Source: Octopus sinensis (lineage: Eukaryota). Taken from it: a stretch of 64,000 nt of DNA. The DNA lies in contig NC_043002.1 of assembly GCF_006345805.1 (NCBI RefSeq), positions 30,628,001 through 30,692,000 on the forward strand, read 5' to 3'. A program made the translations under genes and the position numbers. This document shows positions 37,692 to 50,129 of the stretch, piece after piece. The notes beneath the pieces were generated by a model that was given only the letters and a program-made list of their open reading frames with translations, did no database searches and had not been told where the DNA came from. How positions within the stretch are numbered: the first letter of the stretch is position 1; each line of letters starts with the position of its first letter.

Positions 37692-37807
37692 TACATACAT
37701 GCATACATACATACATAACTACATACATACATACATACATACATACATACATACTATAGATATATATATATAATAGATATATATATTATATATACACAAA
37801 TAATATA

Positions 37808-37998
37808 TATCTGTAAATGTAATGTGACAATTATTCGGTAGCCATGATAAAACTCCGAATTTCGGAAGTCGGGGTGGAAATCCACGCCGCCATCTCTTCA
37901 GTTATCCGGCCATTGAAAAAAATGCGATCCACCCCGACATCCGAAACTTGGAGTTTTATCATGGCTACCGAGTAATTGTCATATTACATTTACAGATA
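37808..37998. repeat. Palindromic element (~71-bp arms, ~48-nt spacer) containing a hammerhead ribozyme
   Basis: tatctgtaaatgtaatgtgacaattattcggtagccatgataaaactcc...ggggtgga pairs with tccacccc...ggagttttatcatggctaccgagtaattgtcatattacatttacagata. Confidence 0.92.
37846..37907 (-). ncRNA. Type I hammerhead ribozyme, apparently intact
   Basis: Minus strand reads G-GAUAA-CUGAAGA-GAUGGCGGCGUGG AUUU CCACCCCGACUUCC-GAA-AUU CGG AGU-U-UUAUC. Stem I GAUAA/UUAUC is perfect, the core is intact, stem II is closed by G-C, stem III is 3 bp, and the cleavage triplet is GUU. Confidence 0.72.
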
Positions 37999-38057
37999 AA
38001 TTCCTCTATTTACTTAATATCGAGGTCTCTTTCTTGTATTGTCTTACCATTTCTACC

Positions 38058-38094
<37 letters not shown>

Positions 38095-38112
38095 ACATAT
38101 ATATATATTTAT

Positions 38113-38235
38113 AGTACAGTGTGCCAAAGATCTCAGCATCTCCATCAACATACAGGAGCAGATACTTTAACAGCTTGGTATTCAAGGGCCCACAGCACTT
38201 CAATATCTCCCAGAATGCATGGTGTGGGTGTAGAT
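38113..38235 (+). mobile_element. Partial duplicate of a CR1/L2-group LINE 3' end
   Basis: caacatacaggagcagatactttaacagcttggtattcaagggcccacagcacttcaatat...gcatggtgtgggtgtagatg is homologous to 38420-38530. Confidence 0.72.
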
Positions 38236-38407
38236 GCCAACCCCCCACTCACACACACGCAAATATTTTTTTATACATGTAAATGTTATATAAATGAACT
38301 TACGTGTGCATCTATGTGTGAGAGAGAATATGTGATAATGTGTACATGCTTGTGTGCATGCGTATGTGTGTGTTTATGTGTTTATGTACATACATATATA
38401 CATAAAG

Positions 38408-38650
38408 ATATGGCATCGTTATCAAAATAAAGGAGCCGATGCTGCAACAGCTTGGTGTTCAAGAGCCCACTGTGCTTCAATATTCTGCCAAACTGCATGA
38501 GGGAACTGCATGGTGTGGATGTAGATGTCTTCAAAATGAAACTGGATCTCAATCTGTCAAGGGCTGCAGACGAGCCCACCTCACGGCAAGAAACACAGAT
38601 GAGGGCAGTAGCATCAAATTCTTTCATTTACCAAATGCCACATATTATAG
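38408..38650 (+). mobile_element. CR1/L2-group LINE ORF2 C-terminal/3' end remnant
   Basis: Translates to NSLVFKSPLCFNILPNCMRELHGVDVDVFKMKLDLNLSRAADEPTSRQETQMRAVASNSFIYQM, matching the typical GP-LFN-LP...FK-KLD-FL---PDEP...RAA-SNS C-terminus. Confidence 0.75.
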
Positions 38651-38727
38651 AATGGTGTAACAGAACTAACGTTCGTGTCCCAATATAATCGCATCTTTAA
38701 AGCTGAAACAAATGAAAGGTCTTAAAG

Positions 38728-38816
<89 letters not shown>

Positions 38817-39577
38817 GTGTGCATGTATCAATGCTGGTATGATATGCCAAGCTTTCAGCCTTTTACTTTACGTAGGGCCGCCGCAGTGATTCACGGTGTG
38901 TCTTGAGCATTTTGGAACTTTGGGAATCTCATTCTCCTCATTAGCGAAGCTATGTTGTGTTTCCCACATAAAAGCATCTCACAAGTCAGCCACCCCTCTC
39001 CCCGTACTTATCAACTGTTCCTTCTCCAAGTTTGATCACAACCAATTTTCAAAGGGTACAGAAAGTGCAGGAGAAAGAAATTAACCCCACTGCAGCAAAC
39101 AGCGTGACCAAAAGATGCAGGTGATCAGGGAATTTTGTGTGTTGTCACCTATGTGACAATTTCAACGTTCCCTCACGAATGGAAACACAAAAGCAGTGCG
39201 ATATTGCAATATTTCATCATCAAAGATGTATACGACAACCAGACTGCACAGCAACAACAATAACAGTGACTTAATGGCTCGCCGAACCAATATCAGTAGG
39301 TACAAATATTAAATATGAAAATGGTCAATATGTACTTAATCGATACTACCACGAATGTAGTACTTCAGCATAGTTGCACACCAGTAATTAAAACCACTGA
39401 AAACATAACTAAATATACAAAGAAGGCAATAATCTTTGTGAAACCATATCTTTACACATGTGATGCATTGTGTGACAATAAAATATGACAAACATGACTC
39501 AAGATTATAAATTGATATTATATATATAGATATATATATATATATATATCAACTAACAATATGTTCATTACCTCTGT

Positions 39578-39655
39578 ACTCGGTCGTCAAGATAAAACTG
39601 AGTTTCAGATGCCGAAGTGGAAATCCACAACACCATCTCTTCGTTATCTCTTCGT

Positions 39656-39658
<3 letters not shown>
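39578..39658 (-). repeat. Degenerate single copy of the 37846-type hammerhead repeat
   Basis: Minus strand reads GAUAA-C(-)GAAGA-GAUGGUGUUGUGGAUUUCCACUUCGGCAUCU-GAAA-CUCAGU-U-UUAUC. Core U4 is deleted, and there is a 10-bp duplication tctcttcgtta. Confidence 0.7.
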
Positions 39659-39706
<48 letters not shown>

Positions 39707-40147
39707 TTATCAAAGATTTTGACCGACAGGAGGCGCATTAACAGTAGTGACAACAGCAAGAAAGGCAACATCAATAATAATTAGCGTAATTTATGTAATA
39801 TTTAACCGCTCCTCCATATACGACCTAGATATACAATTAATCGATGAAAATAACATAGAATTATCATGTATGTATGTATATATATATATATGGGGGAGGG
39901 GCGTGCATGTGTGTGTAGGCTCGAAACATAAAAGACTTCCATTTTCCCCGAGCGTTAAACTAATAAAACTGATTGTTGTTCCTACCCGTCTTCGTCTTTT
40001 GTCATCTGTAAATTTGAACTATATATACACATATATACACACACATATATATATACATATATATATATATATGTGTGTAAATCTATATATATATGTTATA
40101 TAGTATATATATATATATATATAGATATAATATATATATATATTATC

Positions 40148-40201
<54 letters not shown>

Positions 40202-40419
40202 TATAGATATATATATAAATATATATGCATGTGTACGAGAGCGAGAGAAGAGGAAGAGGGAAGAGGAGAGAGAGAGAAACAATAACTCAACAGAAATAGA
40301 TGAAACCTTGGGTTTTTAAACTACAAAGCATATATCCATGTCTACGTGCTAAAAGAGAAGGCATCCTCAAAATAGTCAGATGATTAACGAACGAGTATAT
40401 ATATATATATATACCCATG

Positions 40420-40580
40420 CCTATATAGGTACAGGAGGTCACCATCAGTAAACAACTTGACATATTAAAGCACATGATTTCAATACGGACACAACGAGAG
40501 AAACGAGTGGAAAACAGGACAAGTAACACAAAGAACGACCCTTGATCAGTTGTGGCTGTCTATCTACTCCTCATTGAGCG
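40420..40580 (+). repeat. Dispersed repeat, homologue of 1305-1470
   Basis: Shares aaaacaggacaagtaacacaaagaacgacccttgatcagttgtggctgtctatct with the reverse complement of 1305-1470. Confidence 0.82.
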
Positions 40581-41012
40581 ACAATATGAGTCTTCGACGA
40601 CCGTTGCTCCCATAAGTACCAAAATAAAATTTGAGCTTTATGGAGAGTCAAAGTTGGGAACAAAAACAGGACAGTGGAGTCATACATGGAAACCGAACGA
40701 AAACAAACAAGGAGCGTCGTTAGAACAGAACGAGGGTGGAAGAGCGAACACTGGAGAAATATTTTCTTTGAGAAGAGAAAAGATAGAACAGAGAGATAGG
40801 ATACGTTCACTCCTTAGGACAGTCCCGAAAGAAATATGATCACATTTGGAAAAGTAAGATGGATGATGGTCACGTGTGAGCAACGAGAGAGAGAAAAGAA
40901 GAGTGGAGGGAGAGAAATATAGAAAATGGTGAAGGGGAGAAAAAGTGAATTAGAGAAAGGGATGATAGAGAAAACGATGCGGGAGAAACAGTATAGAGTA
41001 GAGTCGCATCAA

Positions 41013-41044
<32 letters not shown>

Positions 41045-41129
41045 CTATTATAGATTATCCCGGCGAAGACGACGTATGAGCGTTCTGCTGTTTACGGAAC
41101 GACCTACACAAATAAAATGTTATAGTGAT

Positions 41130-41320
41130 CAGGTTTTCGGGCCGCACATCAAGTCGACGTTGTCTGAAAAGGTGTACGTTGTCTGAATAGGAATCAAAGT
41201 GATCGCAGAGCACCATGAGATGAAGTGTTTTGCTCAAGATCACAACGCACCACCCGGTCTAAGAATTGAAACCATGATCTCACGATTGTGAGTCCAATAC
41301 CCTAACCACGACGTCATGCA
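41130..41320 (-). mobile_element. tRNA-derived SINE (family C)
   Basis: Minus strand reads gcatgacgtcgtggttagggtattggactcacaatcgtgagatcatggtttcaattcttagacc...gtgatcttgagcaaaacacttcatctc. Confidence 0.78.
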
Positions 41321-41397
41321 CACACACCTAATATACATACATACATATATGCATACAGACATACAAACATAAATACATACATTCATACATACATACA

Positions 41398-41431
<34 letters not shown>

Positions 41432-42592
41432 CATGCATACATACATACATACATATATGCATACATATATACATACAAACATACATACATACATACATAC
41501 ATACATACATACATTCATAATACATACATATATACATATATACATGCATACATACATACATACATACATACATACATACATACATACATACATACATACA
41601 TACATACATACACACACATGTATGTACATATACTATAATCGAGAATATGACAGCCGGAACAGCAATATCATAGATATTGAGCTCTGGAGCGATTCAACAC
41701 TCCCTACGTCACTACCCCCCCCCCCAGTGTGTAAACAGCAACATCAATAGCAACAACAACGTCAAAAGTAATACAATCGACCAAACCACTAACAGTACAT
41801 ACACTGCAAAACAAACAAAATCAAAACAACGGATTCCCTCTCCCTCTCTTTCTCGGTGTTCCTTCATAATATACTCTCTTTCTTACTCTCCATATTCATC
41901 TCAAGCTACCGCCATATTTTTGTCCCACTATCATTTAGGTATTATAGACTTCAATACACAATTCTTACGGCCGCCCTCTTTCCCCCCTCACTTCCCTACA
42001 AATTCATTGGTCTCAGGGAGTCATGAGGCCTGACGTGAAGAACAATACCTTCTAGAGTCGAGTGACAATAAACTGTCTGAACTACGTGAGAATCTACTGA
42101 CAAAACTGACAGCTATAATACCCCTCTCGGGTCCTTGTAATGCTCGTCATAGCGTTTGTCACATTTATCAGGGTAAAAAGCGAGACAATACACACACACA
42201 CACACACACGAACACATATACAAACATACACACGTACACAACAAAAAAACAACAACAACAACAACAACATCTACTCACAGTCCCATTTCTCCTAATCCCT
42301 TTATTTATACAGAAGGTGAAGGTGGGATTGCCTTCTCTAAGCTGTCAAATCAAAAATCAGTGAGAGTGTGATTTCTCAAATTTTGTATTTATTATGTATA
42401 TATGTGAAAGCGTCTGCGTGTGTGTGCGCGCGTGCGTGCATGTGTCTATCTTCTACGAGTGTGTATGTGTGTTTATGCGAGTGATCGAGTGAATGAGTGA
42501 GTGTATGACTTTATGAATTCGACTTCCTGAATCTGAAATAAGTACATGCATATATATAACATCCACAAGGTATACATACATACATACAACCC

Positions 42593-42701
<109 letters not shown>

Positions 42702-42721
42702 CATATAGATATATATATACA

Positions 42722-42758
<37 letters not shown>

Positions 42759-42760
<2 letters not shown>

Positions 42761-42968
42761 TCTTTTACTTGTTTCAGTCATTTGACTGTGGCCATGCTGA
42801 GCACCGCCTTTAGTCGAGCAAATCGACCCCAGAACTTATTCTTTGTAAGCCTAGTACTTATTCTATCGGTCTCTTTTGCCGAACCAGTAAGTTACGGGGA
42901 CGTAAACACACTAGCATCGGTTATCAAGCGATGTTGGGGGCACACACTCAAATACATAAAAGTATACA

Positions 42969-43009
<41 letters not shown>

Positions 43010-43166
43010 CGATGGGCTTTTTTCAGTTTCCGTCTACCAAATCCACTCACAAGGCTTTGGTCGGCCCGAGGATATAGTAGAAGACATTGGCTCAAGGTGC
43101 CACTTAGCAGGACTGAATCATGTGTTTCATAAGCAAGCTATTTACCACACAGCCACTCCTACGCCT
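42759..43166 (-). mobile_element. tRNA-derived SINE (family A)
   Basis: The reverse complement gives taggcgtaggagtggctgtgtggtaaatagcttgct...gaccaaagccttgtgagtggatttggtagacggaaactgaaa...ggggtcgatttgctcgactaaaggcggtgctcagcatggccacagtcaaatgactgaaacaagtaa. Confidence 0.9.
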
Positions 43167-43693
43167 ATAATGTATGTAATAGTATGTGAGTGAAGTTTGT
43201 TTATTCCCAGTCTGAAAATGATTCGCTTAATTGCTCCTCTCAAATTTATTCTGTTAGGATTAATCACCACTTACCATAACTCGTCACAAACACTAACAGA
43301 CATGCACAGAAATGCATATGTTTCAACTACTACAACATAACTGCAGCATTTAAAACCGCAAAAAAATAATAACAGAGTAAAACAAACAAACGATATATTT
43401 ATTTAAATGTAAATACATTTATGTTTTCTTTCATTGTCTTTGATAGTTACAATCATTGTAGAGCTGCCGTGTTTAGGTGATGACATCGACACCATCGCTT
43501 AATACAGTCTACAACTTGTTTTTATCAATCATAAACACTGCTTGTTGGACTGCATGGCCATGGAGCACAATGGCGTATAGCATATGCAAGGACAAAATCT
43601 TTGAAGACATGCATTGCATGAAGACTTGCAGCAAGATGCAAATATTGAAGCCCACATGCGCAAGCATTCAGAAACACACACTAATACACTCTT

Positions 43694-43733
<40 letters not shown>

Positions 43734-44138
43734 GTATACTCGATGTGTTTCTTGACGATGTTCGTACATCAATTGCCTCTGAGAAGGTATTGACAAGCTA
43801 AGACTGTTATACGACACATTTGACCACGTTGAATCGTATAGGAATTGAACCCGGTACAGCGAGGTTACAATATATGTATATTTGTGTGAGTGCGTGTGTG
43901 TGAGCATAGAAAGAAAGCTATTTATATAAACACACATATCCGCACATATACACACACATATCTGTGTGTGTATTTATATGTGTATGTATGTGTACGTGTG
44001 CGTGTGTGTGTATGTGTGTGTTCGTGAGTGTGAGGGTATATACATAGAGAGAAAGCGAGAGAGAGAAAGACAGACAGACAAAAAGATAGAGAAATAGATA
44101 GATAAGTTGATATGTAGCTAGACGGATACATAAATAGT

Positions 44139-44201
<63 letters not shown>

Positions 44202-44291
44202 AAGTTAGATAGATAGATAAATAGATAGATAGATAAAAGTTAGATAGATAGATAGTAGATAGATAGATAGATAAGTTATATAGATAGATAA

Positions 44292-44345
<54 letters not shown>

Positions 44346-45084
44346 TTACAAACGATGCACATACATAAATAAATATAATAAATAAAATATACGTCTAAAA
44401 AACAATCAGGTGAAAGAAATGATTTATTACTCATTTTTCATTGTCGCCACTTCCCCAACCGCCTCCCTTTCCCACTTTAACTCCTCTTCCTTCAGATTTA
44501 ACACACTAAAGAGGAACATTTATCATTTTTTTTATTACGCTAACATTTTTTTTTTCTATTGACGGCTTAGTCTTACTTCTGGCAAAATATATGTTTTTTT
44601 AATTTTTTATCATTATTATTTTCTTTTTCTATTCGTATTACGAGACCTGTCGCTAGCAGTGTCGATGAAGCACTGGTCAAAATCATTTTTAGTGTCTGCT
44701 TACATCCACTCCTGTTGTGAGTTCAGACCCCGCGAGGGTCAAATTTACTTTGTGTCCATTGTGGCTGGATGGAATACGTACTAGAATAGTTGTATGATGG
44801 CTGCGATGAACTCTACCCCAACTCTGAAATGTCTTGAAGTGTCTCAGTTCTATATCACTGATTTCTTTCTCCTATTCTCTAAGTTTTGTTTGAATTGAAG
44901 TTAATGTGATAAAATCTGGTGTCGTTAGAGCGTCGAACAGAATGCATCGCGTTACTTGCTCGTCTAACTTCAAATCCTAGTGAGGCCGAATATAGTACCT
45001 TTTAAATAAAACATGCCTAAAGAAAGACAACATGAAATTACCAGTTTATTCTCACGTAGAATTTCCATGGCTAGGACAAAGTGT

Positions 45085-45504
45085 GGATCTTTTCGGTTTG
45101 AACGGCAGTTTTTAAAAATAATTTCCACGTAACTAAACACTTTAAAACTTCGTATACTTGAGGTATGTGTTTATAAAACATCTTTTTTTCTCTTGGCTTT
45201 ATTGGGAAAATTCTATAGTTTGTAAAATATTTGTTGTTTTTTTCTTCAATTTCAACCAATCAATGACGTCTATTAAAGTAAAAAGCATTCTGTGCTGTAT
45301 GAATATGTCCCTCGTTTAAGAAACAGATTGGGTTTATTTATATTTGTGAAGAAAAAAAGATACCCTTCCCCCACCCTAACCCTAACTAACCCTAGCCATA
45401 AAACAGATTGAAATGCTATAGATCGATACTAGGGTCATAATTATGGGTGACAATTTCATATGATACCGCTAGAAAAAAACTGCCGTTCAAACAGAAAAGA
45501 TTCC
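45085..45504. mobile_element. 420-bp MITE with ~29-bp TIRs
   Basis: ggatcttttcggtttgaacggcagttttt / aaaaactgccgttcaaacagaaaagattcc (1 mismatch and 1 insertion). No clear TSD. Contains an internal (CCCTAA)-like tract. Confidence 0.82.
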
Positions 45505-46464
45505 AACGTGTTTGTCAAGGAACTCATCCAGTTATTTCCTGACATAGAGGTGCAGAAAGGCAGCGATCGAGAAGGACAGGATAAGAAGAGAGATGAACGA
45601 AATGCCATTCGTTATTTACTTCTCTTTAACTTCTGAGTTAAATTCTTGTCGGTGTCACCTTTGCTTTTGATATTTCTATGGTGGGTAAAATACTACTCAA
45701 GTGTCGGAATGTCCAAGTTAGTGGAACTGTAGAAAACCTTTTCCTGACAACATAAATGTGTTTTCAAACGCAAAGATATCTGATCAGTTTAAAGCGTCTA
45801 TTGATTTTCGTGGAAAGGATAAGCACTAAAGTTTTTTTTTATAAATGCGCGTCTTTTGTAATCAACCATATTAGACAACATTTTCCCCACTTAATAGATG
45901 TACAAAAATGCACTGAATTTGTGTTTATTGTCGATTAGATCTTGGTCATCTATGGTCAAATAGATCTGTGTTTTTCAAGATGTGCAGGGCTACAGTATTT
46001 AATGAAAATCTTTCCTTAACAATGGTACAGTGTAATTTGAGGGAGATTATGGTTGTTGTAATTTCTTATGGAACACTACTGCTGTAGAGGTGGATGAAAC
46101 AAGTTCTAACCTCCAAAAGGTTTTATGAATTTTGGGTAAAAGTGGTCAGTCAGTTATCTTGAAATATCGATGATGTTCCATGGTTCGAGTCTCAATCGAC
46201 AATAAAAATGGTCAATGTTTTGAAGACAATTGAGATATTCACAAGGTAGCTGGACATACTCATATGATTATAGGAATCATTGGAAACTAAATTACTAATG
46301 TTTAGTTATCTTTGATATATATTTCCTTTGACTCTCTTGATATTTGTTTCCTTTGCATTCAAAACCAAGTTAGGTCAACTGTACATTTGCTTTTTCATTC
46401 TCTCTGATAGACTATATCACTACTGAAGAATCGCAGTGAAAATGATTAACTTTTATTTCTAAGT

Positions 46465-46570
46465 CATCCGTCTCAGATTAATGACCATGGGTGAACGTCC
46501 TACTTGTCCTCTCCACTGGAACAGTCTAGTTCGAGAAGTGCAGTCTCTGCCACACTGGGCGCACTTGCGG
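46465..46570 (-). mobile_element. RTE-clade LINE extreme 3' end fragment
   Basis: Minus strand translates to KCAQCGRDCTSRTRLF (terminal C-x2-CGR-C-SR-GL motif), followed by ccatggtc...ctgagacggatg. Confidence 0.55.
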
Positions 46571-47654
46571 GCTTAGTTTGTTGCGTACTTTTCTATAGAT
46601 TTACGCATCAGTTTCTGCAATATAAAGCGTTCGGTAGGACCCAAGCCTGAACAGTATGGTATGGAGGACAGATTGTGTCCCATGCACCGTGTTTCCCCTC
46701 TCTACGTCACTGTTACAATTTGGTGCAAGTGTCATTGCAGTAGTTTCTTGAATGAGGTTATAGACAACATCAAACTGCCGCAAGGGCTCCAATCACCCTC
46801 ACCAATATGTACCTGTATATTTTGCGTATTTGGGTGTTCCACACGAATCGCAACCAAATGTGTTTTAATGTTTTACGTTGTCTTTCAACTATCTCTTTTT
46901 TTCTCTCGCAGACCTTGTGGTAATAAAAAACAGAAAAAGAACAAAAAGACGTTCATTATTATTACTGCAGCTCATTTAGTTGCTGCCGCTCTTGTTGTTT
47001 GATGTTATTTTTTTTTTGTCGCTGCTTTGCTTTTCTCTACACCCTTATTGTCATTTCCCTTGTATTGTTATTATATTGTAAGGAAAGTATTTTAAAACTC
47101 TCTTTTCTTGCTACATGAAATAGTTTTCTGTAAACCATTTCACTATAATTCCTGTAAATCATTCACTAAATTCCTTCATGTAGAAAATCTAAACAGAATT
47201 ACTAAATTATCGTATCTTTTTCTTTGCTAAAATCTCTTCCTTGTCTACTTACATTTTATCTTTATGAGTGTGTATGCCTGAACAGCGCATGGGTGCATTT
47301 GCATTATTTATGCCTGTCAATAAGTGTGCGAATGAGTAAGCACCTGTATGTATATATGTGTATTTATTCTGCTGTATTTCTCTCTGTTACAATGTTTCTT
47401 TGTATAGTGGCGAAATGGCAGAGTCGTTACAGTGATAGATACAATAACTCGCGGTATTTGCTCTGACTATCAGTATTCTAAGATCAAATACCGCCGAAGT
47501 GAAGTTTTGTTTATCATCGTCTCGAGGTCAGTAATAACCTCAAGACACGACAGCTTCTTAGCTGTGAAAATGCCTTGTAGTATTGGTTCTTTGTATTCTG
47601 ACCGCATCACTTTCAGTGACATTGGTTACAGATTGTATCGATTTAATACGACAC

Positions 47655-47960
47655 ATCATGTTTGTGAGCATCAGGCTCACAAACATGATGTAGCCAGTTC
47701 GATTCACAGACTAGGTTTGTGTTTTGTTCTTGAGCAAGACACTTTATTTCATGTTGCTCCATTTCACTCAGTTGTAGAAATAAGTTGCGACAGCACATGT
47801 GCCAAGCTGGGTTAGCCCTTGCCTTTCTCATATCGGTGGCATGGAGAGGGAAGACTGGCATGCATGGGAGACTGATGGACTTCCATAAACAACTTTGTCC
47901 GGTCTTGTGCCACGGAGGGAAATTTTCTAGGTGCAAGCAATGGTCACCCCGCCCTCGATC
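47655..47960 (+). mobile_element. Degenerate tRNA-derived SINE (family C-related head)
   Basis: gttcgattc B-box-like motif, then gttcttgagcaagacactttatttcatgttgctcc...cactcagttgtagaaataag. Confidence 0.68.
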
Positions 47961-48200
47961 TAACACGATGGCTTTTCACTTTAAGTTCAGTGGCGTGGAT
48001 AGAGTGACGTATAAAAATGCAACAGCCACTCTTTCTAAACAAAAATTTAAAAAGTGTGTCTAGTAACACCTTGTTCTCTTAGTATAGACGAACACTTAAG
48101 GAGTTAGTTTAGTAGTTGTTAACTATTTTCGTTTTGACTTGCGGCAGGGCAAACAATAATTATTTTCAAAATTTACAGAACAAAGTATGTTCAGGGGAGA

Positions 48201-48298
<98 letters not shown>

Positions 48299-48314
48299 TA
48301 ATAATAATAATAAT

Positions 48315-48815
48315 ATTCAGCAGAATATTTGCTGTAGCCCATCTTGGTATAAAAGATGGGCTACAACAAACATTCTGTTCAATACCACAGATTTGCTTGT
48401 CAGTTGTTTGACCTTAACCAGTTGAGCATGTCCCTTAGTGGCTGACGATATGTCCATCTCTGATCAAGAGCAGAAGTAGTGGGGGAGCATCATAGCCATG
48501 TGTTGAGAGGGATTCTTTGGGGTTTGAATAATTCACCTCTGGAAACATGGGTGGTTCTTTCAACATCCTTAAACAACCCTTATTCAGGGACCTGTTGAGC
48601 GGGATGGGCTACTCAACCTGAAGAAATTTCTAACTGGGCCCCACCTGCAAGGTCATGTGCTGTTTATCTTGATATGAGATCACCATGTCGCGCACATATG
48701 GTTGTGATGCATGTGCCTAGTGTACCCTTATCAGACGGGTAGTCATGATGGGTATATTGGGCTTCGTATATTCTACCCCAGTGTCACTTTGATGGCATGA
48801 ACTGCTCTCTCACTC
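48315..48815 (+). mobile_element. ~500-bp retro-derived repeat flanked on both sides by (TAA)n
   Basis: Lies between (TAA)n 48200-48314 and (TAA)n 48816-48865, is higher in GC than its surroundings, and starts with a perfect 13-bp hairpin (48333-48365). It has no ORF. Confidence 0.55.
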
Positions 48816-48865
48816 AATAATAATAATAATAATAATAATAGTAATAATAATAATAATAATAATAA

Positions 48866-49895
48866 AACAAAACTCCTGAATGTCGTAACTGAAGAACTAA
48901 AGCATCGCATACATGCAAAATAAAGCGAAGTTAACTAGGTTTCAACAACCGATTAAGTAATACCGGCAGAACAAATTGTTTAGATCAAAAGAAAAAAGAT
49001 TTTACCAAAAGATTAATGATGATAAAAAAGAGGTGGTGCTGATGAAAGTCGACTTTTATGGTGTAAGATATGGAGTAAGCAAGAACAACATAATACAGCA
49101 GCTGAAGCAAACAGCTTCTTATACCAAGGAAGGGCTAACCACTTCACAGAAGACAGCATCAGAAATATGAGTAAAAAGATAAGCAATTGGAAAGTAGCAG
49201 GAACTGATGGTGTACATAGCTTTTGGATTAAAAATAGTTCAGCAATTGCCAATAATTGATCGCAGAGCAATTTAATACATTCATCAATGGAGAACGAGAA
49301 ATCCCAGGCTGGTTGACAAAAGGATGAACTGTGTTTTGCCTGAAGGGAAATGCTGCTGACAATTACAGACCAATTTCTTTTCTCCTATTTATGTAGAAGT
49401 GACTGTCAAGAGGAATAGCAGAAAAATCTTTATAAATTTCTTGAAGAGAAATATATGTTACCGCCGGAACAAAAAGGCAGTAGAAGGGAATGCGGGGTTA
49501 CCAGAAATCAGCTATTGATAGACAAAATGGTAATGCAAGATTGCAAACGAAGGAGAACAAATCTGGGAATGACCTGCATTGACTATCACAAATATTATAT
49601 GATTCCACATTCGTGGATCATCGAGTGCTGAGATTTGTTTGAAATTGCGAGAAATGTAACGTGTTTCCTGAAGAAAAGTATGGTGAGATGGAAAACTGGA
49701 CTGACATCTTACGGAAAAAGCTTGGGTATCCTAAGTATCAGAAGAGGGATTTGCGTTTTGTTCTCTGCATGATAGCCCTGACCATGGTACTCAGGAAAAT
49801 GAACCTGTGGTACAAACTAGAGGGATAATCCTAAGCATTCAGCCACCTCCTCTTCATGGAGGATTTGAAACTGTATGGCAAATATTGGTACACGG
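48866..49895 (+). mobile_element. R4/Dong-clade non-LTR retrotransposon RT remnant
   Basis: Translates to YRQNKLFRSKEKRFYQ...ISNWKVAGTDGVHSFWIK...IPGWLTKG...NYRPIS...LPPEQKGSRR...QLLIDKMVMQDCKRRRTNLGMTCIDY...PHSWI...IRRGI...HLLFMEDLKLYGK. The FQGDSLSP motif is deleted and there are many stops. Confidence 0.82.
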
Positions 49896-49914
49896 TCAGC
49901 AATTTCGGCATCAG

Positions 49915-50035
49915 TATTTGCTAGCACTCGAAAGGGAAAAAGGCAAGTCGGCTCGGTGGAATTTGAACTCATGACGTACAGGCGGACAAAATGCCGCAAA
50001 CCATTTTATCCAGCGTGCTAAAGTTTCTGCAAAGA
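49915..50035 (-). mobile_element. SINE family B 5' half, truncating the R4/Dong remnant
   Basis: gaaaaaggcaagtcggctcggtggaatttgaactc...cgtgctaaagtttctgc is the reverse complement of the family B head. Confidence 0.72.
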
Positions 50036-50093
50036 AGACAATAGGAGAAAAAGAAGTAGAAATAGAAGAAACTAAGTAGCTGTAGTAGTAGAC

Positions 50094-50129
<36 letters not shown>

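Noticed and set aside
46430-46455. CUGAAGA-aucgcagu-GAAA
   Set aside because: Stem II is only ~2 bp and there is no stem I or III; compatible with chance.
46599-46815. Possible plus-strand exon after acceptor ttttctatag (DLRISFCNIKRSVGPKPEQYGMEDRLCPMH...)
   Set aside because: There is no convincing donor and no recognisable protein. It abuts an RTE 3' end, so it may be decayed LINE sequence. The alternative minus-strand AG..GT interval has stops in all three frames.
48441-48480. CUGACGA...GAAG in the TAA-flanked element
   Set aside because: It has GAAG rather than GAAA and no clean stem II closure.
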